DNA of 64,000 bases, from positions 1 through 64,000 of IMG/VR virus record IMGVR_UViG_3300029258_003476; one strand, 5' to 3'. Under the pieces are notes generated by a model. The model made no database searches, was not told the origin of the DNA, and worked only from the letters and a program-made list of their open reading frames with translations. This document shows positions 55,401-64,000 of this stretch, one piece after another; the first letter of the stretch is position 1; each line of letters begins with the position of its first letter. Origin of the DNA: an uncultured virus (IMG/VR IMGVR_UViG_3300029258_003476) (Duplodnaviria > Heunggongvirae > Uroviricota > Caudoviricetes). The translations under genes and the position numbers were made by a program.

Positions 55401-55819
55401 CCCCGGTAACCCTTCAGGTGCAGGTCATGAAGATCGTCGAGGAGCTCGACATCTCTACGGGCATCACCGAGCGGTTCTTGCTCGTCAACTTCCTCGGGCA
55501 GGAGGCGAGGTTCAAGGCCAACGACGGCGTCATCGAAGCAGTCATGGCGCGGTCGGTTGCTGGTGCCTCTCAGCCCGCTGCGCCCCCCGAACCGGGCAGG
55601 CCCTCAGAGTTCGAGGACTGGGCAGCCGAACCCCCGGGCCCCCCGCCGGCGCCGAAGAGCTTGCACGAGGCCTTCGACGGGCCCCCTCGGCCCCCGCCCC
55701 GCCCTAGGACCATTCAGGCAGATGCGCGCGGCAACCCCATCGTCCTCCCTGAGCACCGCGTCGATGGAAGTGGCGGCGTCATGGAGCGCGATGACGAGGA
55801 AGGTACAGCGTCGATATGA
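55397..55819 (+). CDS. hypothetical protein
   Basis: ATGA overlap. Confidence 0.6.
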   Translation: MTPVTLQVQVMKIVEELDISTGITERFLLVNFLGQEARFKANDGVIEAVMARSVAGASQPAAPPEPGRPSEFEDWAAEPPGPPPAPKSLHEAFDGPPRPPPRPRTIQADARGNPIVLPEHRVDGSGGVMERDDEEGTASI

Positions 55820-56271
55820 TCGTCTTGTGCTCCAGGTGCGGCGCCGTGTTTCGGGTCATGGGGGATCCGGACACGGTTGCCAACTTGGTCGGGCGGAACA
55901 CCGAGTACTGGCCGAACGGGTACAAGTGCGCGCTGTGCGGGGGCACGTGCGCGGCCACGGAAGGGGCCAGCCGAGAAGTGCTGTCGATGGCCACCAAACG
56001 CTTCGAGCTCGAGCCGCAGGAGGCCCTCATGGGGCTCGTGGCCGGCCTTGGCCTGCCGGAGGAGCGCGAGCTCGGCGATGTGAAGGGTGCCCTCGAGGGC
56101 AAGACGATTGACTCTGTTCACGGCTACATGATGGGCGGGCGCTTCGTGATTGAGCACTTGGACGTTGCGGGTCTTCGCCTCTTCCTTGCCGGCTCTGCGA
56201 CTGGCGCCCTCGTGTACCGCGTCAAGGACCTGAAGAAGTTCGAGTTCACGGAGAAGGCCGATGGCGGATGA
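55816..56271 (+). CDS. Zn-finger protein
   Basis: CSRC...CALC; ATGA overlap. Confidence 0.6.
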   Translation: MIVLCSRCGAVFRVMGDPDTVANLVGRNTEYWPNGYKCALCGGTCAATEGASREVLSMATKRFELEPQEALMGLVAGLGLPEERELGDVKGALEGKTIDSVHGYMMGGRFVIEHLDVAGLRLFLAGSATGALVYRVKDLKKFEFTEKADGG

Positions 56272-56587
56272 CAGGCTCGTGCTGGAGTACAAGCGCAAGA
56301 TCAGCGAGGGCGGCAAGTGCTCGGGGCGCGTCGTCAGGTACGAGAACGACGAACCCTCCTCTACCTTGTTCGCCGACGTGTCCTTCAAGGAGATGCTCGA
56401 GGTCTTCGCTTGGGAGGTGCAGCGCCGCCCTGACCTTCCCCTCTTCTACAAACGCATCGACCACCTCGGGTTCGAAGAACAACCATGGGACCCCGCGCAT
56501 GTGTCCGCGTTTCGCGGCGACAGTGCCAAGGTCATCGAAGAACTGAGCACCCCTCGGGTGTACGGAAAGGAACTGAAGAATGGCTGA
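56261..56587 (+). CDS. hypothetical protein
   Basis: Operon packing. Confidence 0.6.
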   Translation: MADDRLVLEYKRKISEGGKCSGRVVRYENDEPSSTLFADVSFKEMLEVFAWEVQRRPDLPLFYKRIDHLGFEEQPWDPAHVSAFRGDSAKVIEELSTPRVYGKELKNG

Positions 56588-56951
56588 CCCTACCAGCATC
56601 AAGCCCCTCGGGGTTCGCACGCCTCCCGGCCAGCAGGACGCGCGAGAGCAGTACCACGAGCAGACCATGCGGCAGATGGGCAAGCCCAAGACCGTCGTGT
56701 CGATTCAGAAGATGGACACCTACGTGATCCAGTTCTTCGACGCCAAGGGAGAGGCGCACACGGCGCTGCTGCATCACACCGGCGACCAGCTGCTCATGCA
56801 CAAGGCCGACGAAGCCTGGGCCAAGGACCTGCGCACCGTCATGCCGTGGGTCGAGGAGCAGGCCAAGAAGCTCGTGCCGGCGTTCGCCGCCAACGACATC
56901 AAGGCGGATACCGGCGTCGACATCATGGAGGAGGACGATGGAGGCAACTGA
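56580..56951 (+). CDS. hypothetical protein
   Basis: Operon packing. Confidence 0.6.
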   Translation: MADPTSIKPLGVRTPPGQQDAREQYHEQTMRQMGKPKTVVSIQKMDTYVIQFFDAKGEAHTALLHHTGDQLLMHKADEAWAKDLRTVMPWVEEQAKKLVPAFAANDIKADTGVDIMEEDDGGN

Positions 56952-57315
56952 CCCCAGGGTGGCCGTCGTCGAGAAGGACGGAAAGGCCGTCAAGTTCCGC
57001 CTCCTCAGTGACTGGATCTACGTGCGCATTCACGAGCCCAAGAAGCAGAAGGGCAGCGTCATCCTGCCTGACACCGTGGCTCCGGATCTGCATGTCGGAA
57101 CTGTGCTGGCCCGCGGTCCTGGCAAGGACGCATCCAACGGCTCTCGCATCCCTGTAGGGGTGGAGCCGGGGGAGGTCGTTGCCTTCCATCGGTGGAACGT
57201 CGAGCACCGACATGGCCAAGCCATCAGCCAGTATCTGGAAGAGGGTGCCGGGCTCATTCGTGGCGATGACGTGCTCGTCGTCTTCCCGCCGGGCTCCGAG
57301 CCGGAGATCTGGTGA
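56938..57315 (+). CDS. groES: co-chaperonin GroES/Cpn10 homologue
   Basis: LLSDWIYVR, GSVILPDT, GTVLARGPG, IPVGVEPGEVVAF. Confidence 0.82.
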   Translation: MEATDPRVAVVEKDGKAVKFRLLSDWIYVRIHEPKKQKGSVILPDTVAPDLHVGTVLARGPGKDASNGSRIPVGVEPGEVVAFHRWNVEHRHGQAISQYLEEGAGLIRGDDVLVVFPPGSEPEIW

Positions 57316-57581
57316 TGGACCTCGTGGTCGAAGCCGGTCCCAACACGTGGCAGATCGCGTACACGTGGCTGCCAACGTGGATTGGGATGAACAAGGCGCT
57401 CATGATGGAGCTCCAGCGCCACCTTCGAGACAAGTTCGAGGACATCCGGCCGGGCAAGCCGGGTCTGCAGGAAGAGCTCAACAACGAGGTCGCCAGCTGG
57501 CTTCAGGGCAAGTTCCCGAACATCGAGGGCCTCGAGGCGCACCTTCTCCACTTGATGTGGGTGAAGCCAAAGGACTGGTGA
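57312..57581 (+). CDS. hypothetical protein
   Basis: Overlap packing. Confidence 0.6.
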   Translation: MMDLVVEAGPNTWQIAYTWLPTWIGMNKALMMELQRHLRDKFEDIRPGKPGLQEELNNEVASWLQGKFPNIEGLEAHLLHLMWVKPKDW

Positions 57582-57784
57582 TGAAAGAAGGGCGCATTCA
57601 CATTCGATGTGACGAGAAGTTGGCGAACCAGATGCGCAAGTACGCCAAGAAGAAGCGCACCACCCTGTCCGCTATCATAGAAGAGCACTTCCGGTTCCTG
57701 CTGGAGCTCGAGAAGGTCTCCAATGGGTTGCGAAAGGGAGAGCAAGGGGTAGCCCAACATGCGGTATCGAAAAGAAGCAGATAA
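57581..57784 (+). CDS. ribbon-helix-helix DNA-binding protein
   Basis: RIHIRCDEKLANQMRKYAKKKRTTLSAIIE. Confidence 0.65.
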   Translation: MKEGRIHIRCDEKLANQMRKYAKKKRTTLSAIIEEHFRFLLELEKVSNGLRKGEQGVAQHAVSKRSR

Positions 57785-58301
57785 GGTCGAGGTCCCCCCG
57801 GGCGCCGGCACGGCCGGGTTCTTGGAGACCATCAAGCAGCTGCTCGAGCTCCGCGGCATCGACAACATTCACATCAGCGCGAAGGGCCTGGTGGAGTGGG
57901 AGCGTTGGGTGCCCAAGGACGGTCCGGAGGTTGAGCCGTTCGGCATCGACCTGTCCACGTTCACTCCGCACGACGCCATGCGCCGGGGCCTGATGAAGGA
58001 GATCGTCTTCGTCCCGGAGGAGAACGCTGCGGAGACCATCTGCAAGTGCTTCGTGGCCGCTCGGGTTGATGGGGTCGTGCCTATCTGCTTCGCCACTGGG
58101 CCCAACACCCTCTTGTGGAAGTGGTTTGCACGAAAGACCGCGGTCGTTGCCTCCCTTCCTCAGGACGAGTTCTTTGGCTTGCCGCTGCGCCGAGACTCGG
58201 GAGTTCCCAACGAGGCGCTCGTCATGTTCGCGGGCTACGAGCGCACAGCGCAGCTCGTCGACTCCACCCACGTCTACAAGATCCCTCTGGTGCTTCAATG
58301 A
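57759..58301 (+). CDS. hypothetical protein
   Basis: Operon packing. Confidence 0.6.
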   Translation: MRYRKEADKVEVPPGAGTAGFLETIKQLLELRGIDNIHISAKGLVEWERWVPKDGPEVEPFGIDLSTFTPHDAMRRGLMKEIVFVPEENAAETICKCFVAARVDGVVPICFATGPNTLLWKWFARKTAVVASLPQDEFFGLPLRRDSGVPNEALVMFAGYERTAQLVDSTHVYKIPLVLQ

Positions 58302-58810
58302 GACACAAGATCGCGGCCATCATCGCCAAGTCCGGCATCATCCCGGAGGAGACCCTTCGCCAGTACCAGAAGTGGGGTCTGCTGCCGGATGCCAAAAAGA
58401 TTCCTCCTCCGAAGACGGCCGAGGAGTTCGTCACGCGGGTGCAGCGCGCGCTCGAGGAAGACAACATCGCCCTCGTCAAGGAGACGGACCTGGACATCGT
58501 CCCTCAGTATGTGAGGACGCAGGCCGTCGGCAGCTTGTACGTTGCGCACAACGAAGGGGAGATGCAGAAGGGGTTCGAGGTCGTCTTCGGTCGGACGCTC
58601 ACCGGCGAGTTCATCTTGCCGTGGGGAGGGGACGACATCTCGGACCTGCTGACGAACGGTGTGACGCACCTGACCTTTGCAGTAGCGAACTCGTCGAGCA
58701 GGGGCGAGCCACTTCGCCTGCTCAGCACCGTCTACTTCGACGAGGTGCGGGAGGTCTACTTTGGTGACCGGAAGGTGTTCATCGTCTGCCGGGGCAGGAA
58801 GGAGGAGTAG
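58298..58810 (+). CDS. hypothetical protein
   Basis: ATGA overlap. Confidence 0.6.
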   Translation: MRHKIAAIIAKSGIIPEETLRQYQKWGLLPDAKKIPPPKTAEEFVTRVQRALEEDNIALVKETDLDIVPQYVRTQAVGSLYVAHNEGEMQKGFEVVFGRTLTGEFILPWGGDDISDLLTNGVTHLTFAVANSSSRGEPLRLLSTVYFDEVREVYFGDRKVFIVCRGRKEE

Positions 58811-59254
58811 ATGGCGAACGTTCTCGTAGGGGCGCTGGCACAGCGCGGGTTCGAGACGGTGGACGTCAAGTCCTCCCCGAACCGCGTCTACTTGCTTGGC
58901 AGGTGTCGGAGCAACATCCGGAACATGATGTCCGCGGTGCACAACATCTACTTGGCCGCGAACAACCAACCGTGGAGCGCGGACTTCTCCAAGTCCTTCC
59001 TGCTCAAGGGCGGCAACCTTGTGCATGCCTACCGCTTCATCTTCCAGAGCAAAGAGCCGATCGAGAAGTACCTGCCGATCATCTTGGCGGCCATCGCTAA
59101 CGCCCCGGAGGTGGGCGTCACTGAAAGTGCAGGCAGCATGCCGCTGCACGGTGCCAGTGCGAATCGTAACGCCCCCGTCGAGTTCGGCGGCAAGGGGGCT
59201 GTGCCCTCGGGCAAGTTCATTCCCAAAGCCGCCATGGGCCGCATGGGAGGGTGA
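58811..59254 (+). CDS. hypothetical protein
   Basis: GGAGG RBS. Confidence 0.65.
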   Translation: MANVLVGALAQRGFETVDVKSSPNRVYLLGRCRSNIRNMMSAVHNIYLAANNQPWSADFSKSFLLKGGNLVHAYRFIFQSKEPIEKYLPIILAAIANAPEVGVTESAGSMPLHGASANRNAPVEFGGKGAVPSGKFIPKAAMGRMGG

Positions 59255-59255
59255 G

Positions 59256-59885
59256 ATGTCCGTCGTAGAGAAGAAGTACCAGGAGCAGGTAGAGGAAGTG
59301 CAGCTCACCCCGCAGGAGCTGCAAGCCGTGCAGGAGCGCATCAAGGGGATGCGCGAGCTCACCAAGGACAAGACGCCCCGGGCGAAGTACAAGATCGAGA
59401 TCCGCTTCTTCCGCAAGCGAACCTCCCGCGCCGCTACTCCCGGCTTCATGTCTTGGTGGCTCAGCGGCAAGAAGCTGCACGGCGGAGGCGACGAAAAGAT
59501 GTACGTCTGCCCGAACTGCAACAGCTTCATCCTTGAGGACGGCAACGTCTCGTCCGTGCACTACTGCCATGGGTGCGGGCAGAGTTACGAGGCCGAGAAG
59601 GCGATCGGCGAGATCTACTTCAATCTCACGATGCAGAAGTGGGCCGAGGTCATCAACATGTGGTTCCACAAGCTCGGCGGGGACTGCGACATCTACCTCA
59701 AGCACAGTCCGGACGACATCCGAGCGCACTGCGAACGTGAGATGCTTCGCAAGGCCGGGGGCGACGTGCTCAACAAGATGCGCTCCGCGCGCGGCCTGTA
59801 CATCTACCCTTTGGCGAACATCATCAAGGACCTTGGGGCCGGGGCCGACCCAGTCAAACGGTTCAAGGCCTTTCTGACGGCGTGA
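59256..59885 (+). CDS. Zn-finger protein
   Basis: GGAGG RBS; CPNC...CHGC. Confidence 0.65.
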   Translation: MSVVEKKYQEQVEEVQLTPQELQAVQERIKGMRELTKDKTPRAKYKIEIRFFRKRTSRAATPGFMSWWLSGKKLHGGGDEKMYVCPNCNSFILEDGNVSSVHYCHGCGQSYEAEKAIGEIYFNLTMQKWAEVINMWFHKLGGDCDIYLKHSPDDIRAHCEREMLRKAGGDVLNKMRSARGLYIYPLANIIKDLGAGADPVKRFKAFLTA

Positions 59886-59892
59886 GGGGACC

Positions 59893-60237
59893 ATGAACGA
59901 CTACGAGAAGCTGGCCTACAAGCGCATCGTCATCAAGAACATCGCAATCTTCCTCGACAGGGCCGAGACCATGCACGAGGAGGACTTCCTTCCTTCGAGC
60001 AAGTCCGAGGTTCCTCAGGAGGTCTTGGAGGAGATGAAGGCGGAGTTCGACGCGTTTGCCGTCGAGCTCGAGCAGCAGCTCAGCTGTTACCAACTGGTGA
60101 GGATAGAGGATGACCAACCGAAAGAACGGAAGTCGAAAGCCGCCCCAAAACGCAATGCCCCGAAGGCCCGGAAAGCCTCAGCCAAGCCTGGAGGAAAGGG
60201 TAAGGCAACTCGAGCAGCTCGTCGCAAGCCAGAGTAG
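59893..60237 (+). CDS. hypothetical protein with a basic tail
   Basis: GAGG RBS. Confidence 0.55.
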   Translation: MNDYEKLAYKRIVIKNIAIFLDRAETMHEEDFLPSSKSEVPQEVLEEMKAEFDAFAVELEQQLSCYQLVRIEDDQPKERKSKAAPKRNAPKARKASAKPGGKGKATRAARRKPE

Positions 60238-60604
60238 CCGCATCAAGACGGTCGAGGACGAGCTCGTTCGCATGGCGGGGGTCGTTGACAACAACGCGGC
60301 CATCCTTCGTGACAGCTTCATGGCGCACGACGCTATGATCTTCGTGATGGACCTGATCGTTCGAGACGTCTGCAACGAGGGGCCGGAGTGTTTCGAGGAC
60401 GGCACCATCGACTACAACTTCTACATGGAGAAGTACCGAGAGAAGCTCGAGGCGGAAGCAGGGCAAGAAGATGTTGCGCCTGCCCCTGAGCAAGAAGTAC
60501 CTTCTGAGCAGCCCATTACCCCTGCCGAACAGGCGGACGAGGGCGAGTACCCAGAGGGTGCGGTAGTCTTCGGAGGAGATCATGGCCAAACTGCAGAGGG
60601 GTAG
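60110..60604 (+). CDS. hypothetical coiled-coil, acidic protein
   Basis: RBS, codon usage. Confidence 0.55.
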   Translation: MTNRKNGSRKPPQNAMPRRPGKPQPSLEERVRQLEQLVASQSSRIKTVEDELVRMAGVVDNNAAILRDSFMAHDAMIFVMDLIVRDVCNEGPECFEDGTIDYNFYMEKYREKLEAEAGQEDVAPAPEQEVPSEQPITPAEQADEGEYPEGAVVFGGDHGQTAEG

Positions 60605-60779
60605 AGAGACTTCGCAGGGAGTCGTCGTCAAGCGGGAGAGTGAGAAGGAGCCCCTCGGGAAGCTCAGGTGCCCCCGGTGCAAGGGCGCTGCCATCAGCGT
60701 TGTGCAGCGCGGGGGCCAAAGCCTGATGTGCTGCCAGAGCTGCGGGCGCAAGTGGTCCGCCAAGGCCATGAAGGGCTAA
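60582..60779 (+). CDS. Zn-ribbon protein
   Basis: CPRC...CQSC; GGAGG RBS. Confidence 0.6.
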   Translation: MAKLQRGRETSQGVVVKRESEKEPLGKLRCPRCKGAAISVVQRGGQSLMCCQSCGRKWSAKAMKG

Positions 60780-60817
60780 AAAAGGAGCGGGGACCCCGGC
60801 CGCTAGGGCCCCCGCTC
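60778..60817 (-). terminator. intrinsic terminator (U-tract on the minus strand)
   Basis: A-run, then GAGCGGGG...CCCCGCTC. Confidence 0.5.
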
Positions 60818-61041
60818 AGGGTGAGCCGCACCATGCGCCACCCGGAGGGAGGTACAGGTGACGATCAAAGTGACGGCTGAGGGGCAGGACGGTGCGGCCC
60901 TTGAGGCGGAAGCCAACGAGGCCATCGACGCGTTCGACGACTGGTTTCAGGAGGAACTGCAGAACGCGCCGATGACCCCGAGCGAAGTCGCTGCGGTGAA
61001 AACGTTTCTGTGGTGGTCGATTCAGCGGGGTAGGGGGAACC

Positions 61042-61578
61042 CTAGACCCACTGTTTTGCCACCCAAGCCACGCCTTCCTTCACGAGGAGGATGAGCCCGT
61101 ACGCCGTCACGGCGATGGCGACCGCGATGCCGGTGTAGAGGGCCACTCGTCCGATGTCGACGTTGATCGACAGGCCGTCCTTCGTCGAGACGAGCTCGGC
61201 GACAGCGGGGGCGCGGTTGAGGCTTGCTTCGAGCGCGCGGATCTCGCGCTGCATCTCGAGCTCGCTCGCGCGCTGTCCGTACTGTCCCGCCAACTGCTGC
61301 TGCTGCATCTCGCGGATCTGGCCCTGCAAGGCCATGAACTCCTTCATCTTGTCGGGGTCCAGTCCGGACACGGGCTGGGCGGTGGGGGGCGTCGACGCGG
61401 TGAAGCCGTTGATCGCGTCCGCCACGCCGGGAGGCGGGGTCGCGGGCGCGTTGTTCTTGAGCGCCTCGGCCGCGCCGGCGTTGGCGTTCTGCTGGGCGAA
61501 GAAGCTCAGCACCGGCTGGAGCTGCGTCTGGAAGCTGTCGAACTTTTCGCTGAGTTCTTTCACGGTCGGTGTGGTCAT
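61042..61578 (-). CDS. C-terminally membrane-anchored protein
   Basis: AGGAG RBS; TM segment VALYTGIAVAIAVTAYGLILLV. Confidence 0.65.
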   Translation of the reverse strand: MTTPTVKELSEKFDSFQTQLQPVLSFFAQQNANAGAAEALKNNAPATPPPGVADAINGFTASTPPTAQPVSGLDPDKMKEFMALQGQIREMQQQQLAGQYGQRASELEMQREIRALEASLNRAPAVAELVSTKDGLSINVDIGRVALYTGIAVAIAVTAYGLILLVKEGVAWVAKQWV

Positions 61579-61662
61579 CTGTTTCTATCTCCTGCTTGCA
61601 GGTTCTGGTTGCCCACGCGGCATGCGTAGGGCTGACGTCACTGTTCTTTTGACTGCTTTTCT

Positions 61663-62073
61663 TCAGATCTTGGTGCCAATCATCTTGTTCAAGCCGTGCG
61701 TGGCCTTGTCCTTCGTCATGACGACAGAAGAACATTCCGGGCACACGAGCCCATGCGCCCTCGCAATCTGCTCGAGCTTCTCTCCTCCCTTCAGTTGGCT
61801 CGCCATCATGTGCGCGAGGAAGACGGTGTCCTTCAGGCTCTTGCCAGGCTGAAGCCCCGCGAGCATCCGAGCCTTGAACAGCTCTAGAGCCTTCACGTCA
61901 TCGGCCAGCGCGGCTTCGTTCACCACCATGGTCTCGAGCCCGCGGGCCTTGAGATCTTCGTTGAAGTCCTCGAGTGCCATGATGCGCTTGACCCGCGTCT
62001 CCATGGGGTTGAGCACTGTGGCCCCCAAGATCCCCGCGAGAAGCGAGCCGAGTAGGATGGTCAACGGATCCAT
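61663..62073 (-). CDS. N-terminally membrane-anchored Zn-ribbon protein
   Basis: AAGGAGGT RBS before MDPLTILLG. Confidence 0.65.
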   Translation of the reverse strand: MDPLTILLGSLLAGILGATVLNPMETRVKRIMALEDFNEDLKARGLETMVVNEAALADDVKALELFKARMLAGLQPGKSLKDTVFLAHMMASQLKGGEKLEQIARAHGLVCPECSSVVMTKDKATHGLNKMIGTKI

Positions 62074-62099
62074 TGGTTCTCTACCTCCTTGTATTGAAT

Positions 62100-62117
62100 C
62101 GCTGCTCTTATGCCCCC
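62100..62117 (-). promoter_or_regulatory. putative phage-specific promoter motif, copy 2
   Basis: 18/18 identical to 14500-14517. Confidence 0.55.
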
Positions 62118-62162
62118 GTTTCATAGCTTTTTTGACTACTTGGCGTGTGCTACTCTCGGCGC

Positions 62163-64000
62163 ATGTGGTCCCATGAGATCAGTGCGCTGAACGGGCAGTT
62201 CCAGCAGCAAGCCATGATGCAGACTGCGATGGCCCAGCAGATGACCATGGGGCGGATGCCCGGCGCGCAAGCGGACATGCTTACGGGCATGGCCGTCAAC
62301 CACGCGCAGGCAATCGGGTCACCGATTCTGAGCACGGCGGCGGGGCTCACGGGGCTCGATAGCCCCATGTCCGGCGCCATCACCGGTGGCATGTTCGGCA
62401 TGGCCCTTGGCCCGGTGGGGGCGGTTGCTGGGGCGGGTATCGGGGCAGGGATGGGGGCCATCGGCAGCGTGGGCATGGGTGCGGCGCAGTTCGCCGCCGG
62501 CAACTTCATGCAGGGCATGCAGCAGCAGCAGGGCCTGAACATGATGATGCGTCAGCAGTACGGCGGCATGGGGATGACCCGCAGTCAGATGGGCCAGACG
62601 GGGGCAGCCATCAGAGAGATGACCCACGATGTCATGCCAGGCGGCCAGATGCTCGGTTATGAGCAGCTCCAGGGCCTCGCCAGCAACATGGGCCGGATGG
62701 GGTTCACGCAAACCCTGACGGATGTGCGGCAGTTCAGTCAGAAGTTCAGGGAGATGATCGACACGCTCAAGACCGTCTCCCAGGACCTCGGCACGTCCCT
62801 CGAGAACGCTCAGCAGATGGTCGTGAGCATGAGGGGCTCGGGCCTGTTCCAGAAGGCCGACCAGCTGCGCATGAGCGCGCAGGTTCGCCAGAACGCTTTG
62901 AGCGGCGTCTCCATACAGGAGACCACGCAGATGGCCAACATCGGTTCGCAGATCTCTCGCAGCATCGGCGGGCTCGGCCGGCAGGGTGCTGTCGCCGGCG
63001 CCCGTACCATCGGACAGGTTGGTGCCGCGCAGCGGGCAGGCGTCATCAGCGAAGAGGACATCTACAACGTCACCGGCCTGACAGGTTCGGAGGGGCGCAC
63101 CGCGTACGCGCAGCAGATGCTCTCGATGGACGCCCGGTTCCTGCGTGGAGGGCTCGGGCGCCGGCTGATGGCTTCCATGGCCTCGGAGAACGCCGGCGAG
63201 ATCGATGAGGAAGCCTTCGACAGCTTCATGTCCGGCGGCTTCTCCACCGGCGAGACCATGGGGCAAGCTCGCCCACGCGCTGCTCGTCTCGGCCGCGCCT
63301 CGTTCATTCGTAACGAGGGGCGCCTCCGCGGTTCTCTGCTCGAGAAGGGCGGAGGCGGGCTGGCCCTGCGCGCCTTCCAGGGGTGGCTGGGTAGCCGGGG
63401 TATGGATGTCTACGGCATGGACGACCGGGCCAAGATCTTCGCCCAGCGCCGCCTGGGACTCGGTCGGGAAGAGATCGACGTCATGACCCAGCAGCTCCGG
63501 CGTATGGGCGACGTCAACCAGTTCATGGAGTCACAGCGCGAGCAGGACTCCTTCCAGCGCGAGCAGATCTCGGAGCGTAACCGCACAGGCGTCGAGGGCA
63601 TGAAGCGGTCCTTCGACCAGTTCCGGCACCGAGTGCAGAGCTCCATCCAAGAGGTCGGCGCCAAGACGTACAACGACATGTCCGGGTGGGTAGAGGACCA
63701 GCTCAATCGGATGTTCGGTACGTACAGTGAGGAGATCGACGCGCAGATGAACGAGGCTTTCGCGTCGTTCCGTTCGAGCAAAGGGCAGAGCTTCTACGCC
63801 AACCAGCGCATCAACCAGCTCCAGACGGCCGCCGGCGGCTTCGGTCGCGGTATCAACGCCCCCACGCAGTTCAGTGCTGGTTTTGGAGGAGGGCCCACCG
63901 ACGTCGACGCCTACAGGGCCATGGCGCAGGGCGGTTCCATGATGGGCCGGGTGCAGGGCTGGCTCAACGAGAACACGGCGCTTGGGATGCCGAACGCCGA
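62163..64000 (+). CDS. tape-measure-like protein, 5' part (runs off the window)
   Basis: ATG at 62163 (MWSHEISALNG); frame appears open to the window end; Gly/Ala/Met/Gln-rich helical sequence with Gly-zippers. Confidence 0.65.
   Translation, partial: MWSHEISALNGQFQQQAMMQTAMAQQMTMGRMPGAQADMLTGMAVNHAQAIGSPILSTAAGLTGLDSPMSGAITGGMFGMALGPVGAVAGAGIGAGMGAIGSVGMGAAQFAAGNFMQGMQQQQGLNMMMRQQYGGMGMTRSQMGQTGAAIREMTHDVMPGGQMLGYEQLQGLASNMGRMGFTQTLTDVRQFSQKFREMIDTLKTVSQDLGTSLENAQQMVVSMRGSGLFQKADQLRMSAQVRQNALSGVSIQETTQMANIGSQISRSIGGLGRQGAVAGARTIGQVGAAQRAGVISEEDIYNVTGLTGSEGRTAYAQQMLSMDARFLRGGLGRRLMASMASENAGEIDEEAFDSFMSGGFSTGETMGQARPRAARLGRASFIRNEGRLRGSLLEKGGGGLALRAFQGWLGSRGMDVYGMDDRAKIFAQRRLGLGREEIDVMTQQLRRMGDVNQFMESQREQDSFQREQISERNRTGVEGMKRSFDQFRHRVQSSIQEVGAKTYNDMSGWVEDQLNRMFGTYSEEIDAQMNEAFASFRSSKGQSFYANQRINQLQTAAGGFGRGINAPTQFSAGFGGGPTDVDAYRAMAQGGSMMGRVQGWLNENTALGMPNA

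Noticed and set aside
1..64000. TAG recoding suggested by the CUA-containing tRNA
   Set aside because: TAG ends many genes directly before the next RBS and start, and core genes are intact in the standard code

Overview
A 64-kb, GC-rich segment of a large tailed, myovirus-like (probably jumbo) phage. The left third (about 1-21.8 kb) is accessory: small ORFs, two aberrant tRNA-like genes, small structured RNAs, a PTH2-type peptidyl-tRNA hydrolase, an intein-split CHAP-like amidase, a lytic transglycosylase, a MazG-like pyrophosphatase and an ATP-dependent DNA ligase. The centre (21.8-44.4 kb) is a + strand morphogenesis block: terminase large subunit, intein-split putative prohead protease, putative internal head proteins, major capsid, neck, tail sheath and tail tube. 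The right part holds a phosphatase, a papain-like protease, a muramidase, a probable -1 frameshifted tail chaperone, a GroES homologue and the 5' part of a tape-measure-like gene. The standout is at 11912-13914: a stand-alone Cas7/RAMP-like gene next to a 1.04-kb non-coding array that is not CRISPR. The array has about 35 units with the grammar GTCG-NNN-(GGNNN)n and nearly all spacings equal 7+5n nt. It looks like a compact phage-encoded RNA-guided system with a 5-nt periodic guide code, similar to the VIPR architecture as I remember it. All product calls come from reading motifs by eye; no searches were run.
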